Part shown: positions 26,303 through 32,000 of the stretch, one piece after another
Position numbering within the stretch: the stretch's first letter is position 1
How the letters are laid out: every line of letters begins with the position of its first letter
Assembly: GCF_000829315.1 (NCBI RefSeq)
Contig: NZ_AP013028.1
Span: 960,001-992,000, forward strand
Origin: Wolbachia endosymbiont of Cimex lectularius
Lineage (GTDB): Bacteria; Pseudomonadota; Alphaproteobacteria; Rickettsiales; Anaplasmataceae
Direction: 5' to 3'
Length of the DNA stretch: 32,000 nt
Notes under the pieces: generated by a model
The model's input: the letters and a program-made list of their open reading frames with translations, nothing else
Databases searched by the model: none
Told to the model about the DNA's origin: nothing
Translations under genes and position numbers: made by a program

Positions 26303-27232
26303 TTAAACCAAATTCGGTACTTTAAACTGAACGTTTTCAGCAACACTACCTGGCATAACTGAAACTTTTATGTTCATGTGTGTTTTCAGGTAGTCTATTA
26401 ACTCATCAACCAATATATCAGGAGCAGAAGCACCTGCGGTGATTCCTACCTTTTCTACGCCCTGTAGCCAGCTTTTGTTCACACAGTTGTAATTATCAAT
26501 CAAATAGGCTCTTTTCCCTCTAGCGATGCATAGATCCAATAAGCGATTTGAATTCGAACTATTTTTACTTCCTACAATTAACACTATGTCTACGATTTCA
26601 ACTAGTTTTTTAACAGCATTCTGCCTGTTTTGTGTTGCGTAGCATATATCTTTTAAATTAGGACCTGTGATGCTTGGAAACCTAAGCTTTAGAGCAGCGA
26701 TAATTTCGCTGGTATCGTCGACGCTTAGCGTAGTTTGCGTGACGTAAGATAAATTATCTGGATCTTTAACTTTTAAATTGTGTACATCTTCTACGGTTTG
26801 CACTAAAGTGATAGGATCATCTACTCTTCCTCTAATTCCCTTAACTTCTGGGTGATTTTCGTGCCCAATCAGAATTAATTCTCTACCGCTGTCCTCATAC
26901 CTTTTTGCTTCTTTATGTACTTTACTGACCAGAGGACATGTTGCATCAATCACTTGAATACCCTTTCTTTTTGCCTCCTCTTCTATGCTTTTTGACACTC
27001 CATGTGCACTAAAAATCAGTATTTCCCCATTATCTTCAATGTCCTCAATACTGTTTACAAAAACCACGCCTTGTTTCTTAAAGTCCTCTACTATATATTT
27101 GTTGTGAACAATTTCGTGCAGCACATAAACTTGGCGCTTGTTCTTGTATTTTTCTAAAGTGATAGCCAATATGTCTACAGCTCTTTTGACTCCAGCGCAA
27201 AAACCGCGTGGTTCGGCTAAGATAACTTCCAT
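26303..27232 (-). CDS. ispH: 4-hydroxy-3-methylbut-2-enyl diphosphate reductase
   Basis: Contains [34 protein letters not shown] and TTLS. Start is placed at ATG 27232. The longer ORF to 27262 would overlap the divergent PBP gene start. Confidence 0.9.
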   Translation of the reverse strand: MEVILAEPRGFCAGVKRAVDILAITLEKYKNKRQVYVLHEIVHNKYIVEDFKKQGVVFVNSIEDIEDNGEILIFSAHGVSKSIEEEAKRKGIQVIDATCPLVSKVHKEAKRYEDSGRELILIGHENHPEVKGIRGRVDDPITLVQTVEDVHNLKVKDPDNLSYVTQTTLSVDDTSEIIAALKLRFPSITGPNLKDICYATQNRQNAVKKLVEIVDIVLIVGSKNSSNSNRLLDLCIARGKRAYLIDNYNCVNKSWLQGVEKVGITAGASAPDILVDELIDYLKTHMNIKVSVMPGSVAENVQFKVPNLV

Positions 27233-27252
27233 TTTTTTCAAGTCAAATAAAT

Positions 27253-28806
27253 ATGCAAGCATTACTGAGAAATAAGCTCCGCTTACTATGTTTTATAATA
27301 CCATTGTTTATGTTTTATATAATAATTATTTTTCGTATGTTCTCTTTAACATTTAATCAGCTTGCTGCTTCAGAAGACTTAAAAAAAAGTAATATAGCAC
27401 ATAGACAACCTGATATCTTGGATAGAAATGGAGTGGTGATAGCAACAAATGTGCCAACAACATCACTGTATATAGATTCAACCAGAGTAAAGAATCCAGA
27501 AAATATAGCATCACAGTTGTGCTCTATTTTGGATGACCTTGAATACGAAGATTTATATAAAATACTTACCTCGAAAAAGAAATTTGCTTGGATAAAGCGG
27601 CATTTAACTCCGCGAGAGTTATTAGCAATAAAAAACGCCGGCGTGCCAGGAGTAAACTTTTATGATGACGTAAAGCGCATATACCCTCACAATAATTTGT
27701 TTGCACATGTGCTTGGCTACACCGACATAGATGGCAAAGGCATTGCCGGAATTGAGGCATACATAAGTAACCAGCGTTACGACACTACCAGTAGATATGT
27801 TCAACTATCCTTAGATACGCGAGCACAAAGCATAGTACATCAGGAACTCACTAAAGCCGTAAGCAGATACCAGGCGCTTGGTGGAGTAGGAATTGTTTTA
27901 AGTGTGAAAGATAGTGAAGTCATTTCGATGGTCAGTCTACCCGACTTTAATTCCAATTTGCAGAGTAAGGCAAAAAATATACAAAAGTTTAATCGCGCCA
28001 GTCTTGGAGTGTATGAGATGGGATCAGTGATAAAATTCTTTACAATAGCAGCAGCGCTCGATGCGAATGTTGTGAAAACTGATGATTTATACGACGTATC
28101 AAAGCAAATCACCATTGGGAAATATGAAATTCAGGATTTTCATGAGTTTAAAATTCCAAAAGTTACTGTGCGAGATATATTTGTAAAATCGTCCAACGTT
28201 GGTGCAGCAAAAATTGCAGCCAAACTAGGTATTGGGAAACAGGTAGGGTATTTTAAGGCCATGAAGCTATTTTCTCCCTTAAGAATAGAAGTGCCAGAAA
28301 AATCCATACCGATAATTCCGGATAAGTGGAGTGAGAGCACTTTAATAACGGCGTCTTATGGTTATGGAATAGCTGTAACTCCGATGCATATCGCACAAAC
28401 TGCAGCCGCATTAGTCAACGATGGGATATTTCACAACGCAACTTTGATATTGAACAAAAAAGGTATAGGGGAGCAGATTGTTGCAGAAAGTACTTCCAGA
28501 GAGATAAGAAAATTGTTACGTGCAGCAGTAACAGATGGAACGGGAAGGAGAGCGAACATAAAAGCATATACGATAGGGGGTAAAACTGGATCAGCAGAAA
28601 AAGTTGTAAATGGTAAATATGACAAAGATGTAAACATAGCGTCGTTTATAGGAGTGCTAACTACACTTGATCCAAGGTATATAGTACTAATTGTTATTGA
28701 TGAACCTCGGGGCCGGTATCATACCGGAGGGATAATCGCTGCACCTGTGGCCAAGAGCATTATAAGTAAAATAGCACCTATACTAAACGTTACACCCGAG
28801 ATGTAG
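27253..28806 (+). CDS. Class B penicillin-binding protein (peptidoglycan D,D-transpeptidase, FtsI/PBP2-type)
   Basis: N-terminal TM anchor. Contains [10 protein letters not shown] and the three transpeptidase motifs SVIK (SxxK), SSN and KTGS. Confidence 0.85.
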   Translation: MQALLRNKLRLLCFIIPLFMFYIIIIFRMFSLTFNQLAASEDLKKSNIAHRQPDILDRNGVVIATNVPTTSLYIDSTRVKNPENIASQLCSILDDLEYEDLYKILTSKKKFAWIKRHLTPRELLAIKNAGVPGVNFYDDVKRIYPHNNLFAHVLGYTDIDGKGIAGIEAYISNQRYDTTSRYVQLSLDTRAQSIVHQELTKAVSRYQALGGVGIVLSVKDSEVISMVSLPDFNSNLQSKAKNIQKFNRASLGVYEMGSVIKFFTIAAALDANVVKTDDLYDVSKQITIGKYEIQDFHEFKIPKVTVRDIFVKSSNVGAAKIAAKLGIGKQVGYFKAMKLFSPLRIEVPEKSIPIIPDKWSESTLITASYGYGIAVTPMHIAQTAAALVNDGIFHNATLILNKKGIGEQIVAESTSREIRKLLRAAVTDGTGRRANIKAYTIGGKTGSAEKVVNGKYDKDVNIASFIGVLTTLDPRYIVLIVIDEPRGRYHTGGIIAAPVAKSIISKIAPILNVTPEM

Positions 28807-28809
28807 AAA

Positions 28810-29157
28810 CTAATATTTCTTTATCAAGAGTTTAAGCTTATGATCTTGATTGTTTCCATCAATGCAAAGAAGCCCATCTTTTGTTATGTTACAATTTTTA
28901 GGAGAGATATCAAAATCGATTTTTTTGCCACTGCTATCTACACTAAGGCAAATTCTCGGCTCCAAATAGCTAATTATATTAGCCTCAAACTCTTTCGCTA
29001 CCTTACCGTCCGGAGAAACCAAGTTAAACTTCCAGATAGCGCTTGGATCGATATTTCCTGTGTAACTACTGCACTCATCACCTGCGCAGTATGAACTCTC
29101 AATTATGTAACCTCCACTGGGAATATCTATAAGAAAACCCCACAAATCATCTGACAT
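28810..29157 (-). CDS. Hypothetical protein (115 aa)
   Basis: Uninterrupted ORF convergent with the PBP gene (3-nt gap), with ordinary codon composition. No recognisable motif. Confidence 0.45.
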   Translation of the reverse strand: MSDDLWGFLIDIPSGGYIIESSYCAGDECSSYTGNIDPSAIWKFNLVSPDGKVAKEFEANIISYLEPRICLSVDSSGKKIDFDISPKNCNITKDGLLCIDGNNQDHKLKLLIKKY

Positions 29158-29273
29158 ACGAAATACCTTAATATTTACTGTTTATAAAGAACTGTAATAC
29201 TTTTTAAGTATACTAATTATGATACACTTAAAGATATAAAGTTTCAACAGTTAATTGTGTAAGAAGTCTGCTT

Positions 29274-29631
29274 ATACCAATTTCCACTGCATAAGGAAAG
29301 GATAGACAACAGAAACGAAAAAACTACTTGACAAATTCTTCCAATCCTTTTATCATGGTATTGAAGCTGTTTGTTTAACTTCCCAATCTATACAGGTTAA
29401 AATGACAAGAAAACTTGTATTTGGCGTACTATTGTTTAATTTTTCGCACTATGTGCACTGCATGTCTTTTTAAAACTTCGGGTTTTTACCCATACAAGCT
29501 GAAACGCGCTTATAAGTCGTTTAAGGCATCACCCAACGCCGGATTTTAAAATAGAGAGTGGAATAACTAGCTACCTCGGGGTTTTATTGTCTTTTTTTCC
29601 TATCTGGTAAATTTCTTAAATATTATAGCTT
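29274..29631 (+). repeat. Promoter-bearing dispersed repeat, copy R4
   Basis: Near-identical to R2. TTGACA (29328-29333), 17 bp, TATCAT (29351-29356). Lacks an approximately 34-bp segment present in R2 and R3 (GTGGAAAAAAGC...GATAGAGAC). Confidence 0.85.
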
Positions 29632-29659
29632 AGACTAGTTGCGTTTAAAAGCAGCTAAA

Positions 29660-29763
29660 TTGCAGCGTTTAAGGCATAAAAACGCCAATACTGAAAATAA
29701 ATATTGACCGGAGTTTCTTTTGCCTTTTCCTCTATTTGGTAAATTTCTTAATATCTATAGCTA
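29660..29763 (-). repeat. Miniature derivative of the promoter-bearing repeat, abutting R4
   Basis: ...CGTTTAAGGCATAAAAACGCCAATACTGAAAATAAATATTGACCGGAGTTTCTTTTGCCTTTTCCTCTATTTGGTAAATTTCTTAATATCTATAGCTA aligns with the reverse complement of 25706-25800. The left boundary is approximate. Confidence 0.55.
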
Positions 29764-29824
29764 TTGCAATTTATGAACGAACATTTGTTTTTACAACAAA
29801 TGTTGTCATTCCAGCGCGTGACGC

Positions 29825-30041
29825 ACAACTGTACGAACATTGTGATTTGAGCCTACCACTAGGGTGTCATGCCAGTGCTTGACACTGGCATCCAGGAATT
29901 TTATTAAGTTAGTGAGTATAAAAGTTATGTTAAAATACAACGTTTGATGATTATGGAAAGGCTGGATCCCAGTGTCGGAGCACTGGGATGACACCGTCTG
30001 TTACACAAATTACCTGCTAATTGCAATGTTTGTACAGTTGT
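29825..30041. mobile_element. Double-hairpin MITE, intact 217-bp copy (empty intron site)
   Basis: 18-bp TIRs with 1 mismatch. Perfect 11-bp direct repeat GCGCGTGACGC on both flanks (29814-29824 / 30042-30052). Joining the flanks rebuilds a hairpin repeat TCATTCCAGCGCGTGACGCTGGAAT, so the MITE is nested inside another palindromic repeat. Confidence 0.85.
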
Positions 30042-30087
30042 GCGCGTGACGCTGGAATCTAGGAATTTTATCAAGTAGGTGAACATA

Positions 30088-30248
30088 CAATGGCGTCAAC
30101 TTAAGAGCTTCCTTGTAAACTTCTTTGTTGAAATAAAATAGAAACAAAAGTGCTGCTTATTGCAGCTTTTGGATAATTTTATGGTAAAAATTTTAGAGAG
30201 AAATTTTATACACGATCACTGACATTTTTCCTTAAGTTGACGCCATTG
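30088..30248. repeat. Perfect 18-bp inverted repeat pair bracketing 125 bp upstream of bfr
   Basis: CAATGGCGTCAACTTAAG (30088-30105) and CTTAAGTTGACGCCATTG (30231-30248). No convincing flanking direct repeat. Confidence 0.6.
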
Positions 30249-30315
30249 AGAGATCTATTGCTATAATCTTCATTATTATATAGATTATACTAATAGATTA
30301 AACTAAAGGAAGGTT

Positions 30316-30795
30316 ATGAATAAAGAGATAATAATAAAGCATTTGAATAAATCACTCACTGGTGAGTTGACTTCTATACGTCAGTATTTTTTGCATTCTA
30401 CAATTCTCAAAGATAGTGGGATCAATAAACTTGCAGAGAAAATGAAAGAAGAGCTTGACGAGGAACTTGAACATGCAAATAAGCTAGCAGAAAGAATTTT
30501 ATTGCTTAAAGGTATACCAAACTTTCAAGACACAAATGAAATCTCAAAGTATGACGGGAAGTTCACAAAAGATACAATACGAAAAATCTTGGAAGATAAT
30601 TTAAAATTAGAAGAAGAAGGTTTAAAAGACTATAGAGAAGCAATTTCTGTTGCTGAAAAAGAGAGAGATTTTGTTAGTGTAATCTTATTAGAGGAATTAT
30701 TGAAAAATGAGGAAGAGCACTACCATTGGATCGAAGAGCAAATTGCTCTTATTGAACTTATAGGTGTTGAAAATTACCTAAAAACACAAATGTAA
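30316..30795 (+). CDS. bfr: Bacterioferritin
   Basis: 159 aa. Has a ferritin-like di-iron pattern (ELTSIRQYFLHS, EELEHANKLAERILLL, EEEHYHWIEEQ). Confidence 0.88.
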   Translation: MNKEIIIKHLNKSLTGELTSIRQYFLHSTILKDSGINKLAEKMKEELDEELEHANKLAERILLLKGIPNFQDTNEISKYDGKFTKDTIRKILEDNLKLEEEGLKDYREAISVAEKERDFVSVILLEELLKNEEEHYHWIEEQIALIELIGVENYLKTQM

Positions 30796-30796
30796 G

Positions 30797-31411
30797 GTGT
30801 TAAAAAAAACAATATTTATCTTAATTATACCTTGCTTACTTCTTTTCTTGTTAGGGTTGTGGCAATTATTTAGATTAAACTGGAAGAACAATATCATCAA
30901 AAATATGAGTCTTCCAGTTGTCTATCTGTTGCCCAATGATGATCTTGCAAAATTTAACTACAGACACGTCAAGATTGACGGGATTTTAAGTGACATAGAG
31001 CTATACGTTTTTGCAGGGCAACGCGGCTATCATGTGCTGTCTCCTATGCTACTCACTACTGGACATTATATGCTAGTGAATAAAGGAATAGTCAGAGAAA
31101 AAAAAGAGGAAAAAGCAAAAATTGAGAAAATAGCTGCGAGTGGAGTTTTATACTGCGATAGCAGTAAAAGCAAAAGTTGGTTAATCAAAAATGATACTGC
31201 TTTGAACACGTGGTTTACCCTAAGTACAGAAGAAATTTCCAATGAATTTGGTATTAAGCTAGAGCAGTGTATGTTATGGCAGAAAGGTTTCAGCAATAAG
31301 TTAACTATACAGCCGATGAAACACTTGGAATATGCGATAACTTGGTTTGCACTTTCCTTGATTTGGTGTGCAGTTTATTATAGACAAAATAAACGCCACT
31401 CAAGTGGCTGA
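30797..31411 (+). CDS. SURF1-family cytochrome oxidase assembly protein
   Basis: 204 aa, GTG start 1 nt after the bfr stop. N-terminal TM followed by LGLWQLFRLNWKNNII, and a C-terminal TM with HLEYAITWFALS. Confidence 0.8.
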   Translation: MLKKTIFILIIPCLLLFLLGLWQLFRLNWKNNIIKNMSLPVVYLLPNDDLAKFNYRHVKIDGILSDIELYVFAGQRGYHVLSPMLLTTGHYMLVNKGIVREKKEEKAKIEKIAASGVLYCDSSKSKSWLIKNDTALNTWFTLSTEEISNEFGIKLEQCMLWQKGFSNKLTIQPMKHLEYAITWFALSLIWCAVYYRQNKRHSSG

Positions 31412-31459
31412 CATCAACGGTTACGAGTTGGGATAACAAGAGAAGAACTGAAGAAATAA

Positions 31460-32000
31460 TCATTTATCTATATCGCTACTAATATCCTTTATCATGCTAT
31501 AATTGCCTTTCCTAAATCTACTTTTTAAGGACTCAACTCCACTTTCGCTAATTCCACTTAGGCTCAGTGCTGCTCCACCAAGCTGCAACCCAATCTCAGA
31601 TGTCTCCGGAATAATTTTACTAGCCCCTAGATCTTTGTAAGCTTCTATATTACTCAGATCTGGTAGGCGTATTATAATATTTACATGTGGAAAATTTGTT
31701 GCAACTAAAGAAACAATCTTCTTTATAGTAACTTCGTTCTTTATTGAAATTACGAGGGCTTGGGCCCTTTCTATTCCTACTGATTTTAAAATTTCATATC
31801 TCGTGGCATCTCCAAGATATATAGGAAAGCTGTCACTTTTCCCTTCTTTGACTATCTTTGATTGAATATCTACAACAACGTAACTTAGATGCTCTGCGGT
31901 AAGCATTTTTGTTACCATATATCCTACCCTGCCGAATCCAGCAACTACTACATGGTTATAGAGATCTTGTGTGTCTGTCTCAATTGCCTCATCATCTAAT
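31460..32000 (-). CDS. CPA2/Kef-type K+ transport protein, C-terminal RCK (TrkA-N) domain (5' part beyond window)
   Basis: The frame stays open upstream of the tracked ATG to the window edge (...DLYNHVVVAGFGRVGYMVTKML), giving a Rossmann GxGxxG followed by an RCK-like fold. Confidence 0.75.
   Translation of the reverse strand, partial: LDDEAIETDTQDLYNHVVVAGFGRVGYMVTKMLTAEHLSYVVVDIQSKIVKEGKSDSFPIYLGDATRYEILKSVGIERAQALVISIKNEVTIKKIVSLVATNFPHVNIIIRLPDLSNIEAYKDLGASKIIPETSEIGLQLGGAALSLSGISESGVESLKSRFRKGNYSMIKDISSDIDK

Noticed and set aside
27233-27262. Longer ispH start at 27262, giving a 10-nt head-to-head overlap with the PBP gene
   Set aside because: The internal ATG at 27232 gives the canonical IspH N-terminus ([15 protein letters not shown]). 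The 10-codon extension has no homology-like features.
29806-29994. 62-aa minus-strand ORF
   Set aside because: It spans the hairpin repeat and MITE arms, so it is repeat-derived and not coding.

Overview
AT-rich, gene-dense bacterial window. The gene complement and repeat content point to an Anaplasmataceae endosymbiont, most likely Wolbachia; this is inferred from protein motifs and repeat types, since no database search was possible. Housekeeping blocks are gatA (3' part), an AEC transporter, acpP-fabF, ispA, an FKBP-like protein and an MrpD/NuoLMN-family subunit (1-7.0 kb). A second set is two tandem APA-family antiporters, purH, tRNA-Asn, ispH, a class-B PBP, bfr, SURF1 and a Kef-type RCK protein (20.4-32 kb). 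Between them (about 7.2-20.4 kb) lies a decaying accessory stretch. It holds an Rpn/PD-(D/E)XK transposase-like gene and three near-identical 860/861-bp IS5-family IS copies with 3-bp TNA target duplications. Two of these IS copies sit 80 bp apart in one HAD-like gene, which reads through in frame once the IS copies are removed in silico. The third IS interrupts an HExxH (gluzincin-like) gene that also carries a frameshift. The stretch also contains a frameshifted tgt abutting an intact nuoE, a frameshifted tandem gene-module duplicate, and two orphan membrane proteins (a mucin-like single-pass protein and a protein with a bilobed hydrophobic domain). Non-coding highlights are: (i) a dispersed 330-390-bp repeat family (4 long and 2 miniature copies) that keeps a TTGAYA-17 bp-TAYNAT promoter-like core despite spacer divergence; (ii) a 217-bp double-hairpin MITE with 18-bp TIRs and 11-bp target duplications, present once empty (nested in another hairpin repeat) and once carrying an approximately 654-nt ORF-less group II intron with a textbook domain V; (iii) an IS transposase spread over three reading frames joined at A8 and A9 tracts in all copies; (iv) a terminase C-terminal fragment beside tRNA-Asn, boxed in by hairpin-repeat debris. 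No CRISPR array or rRNA was seen.
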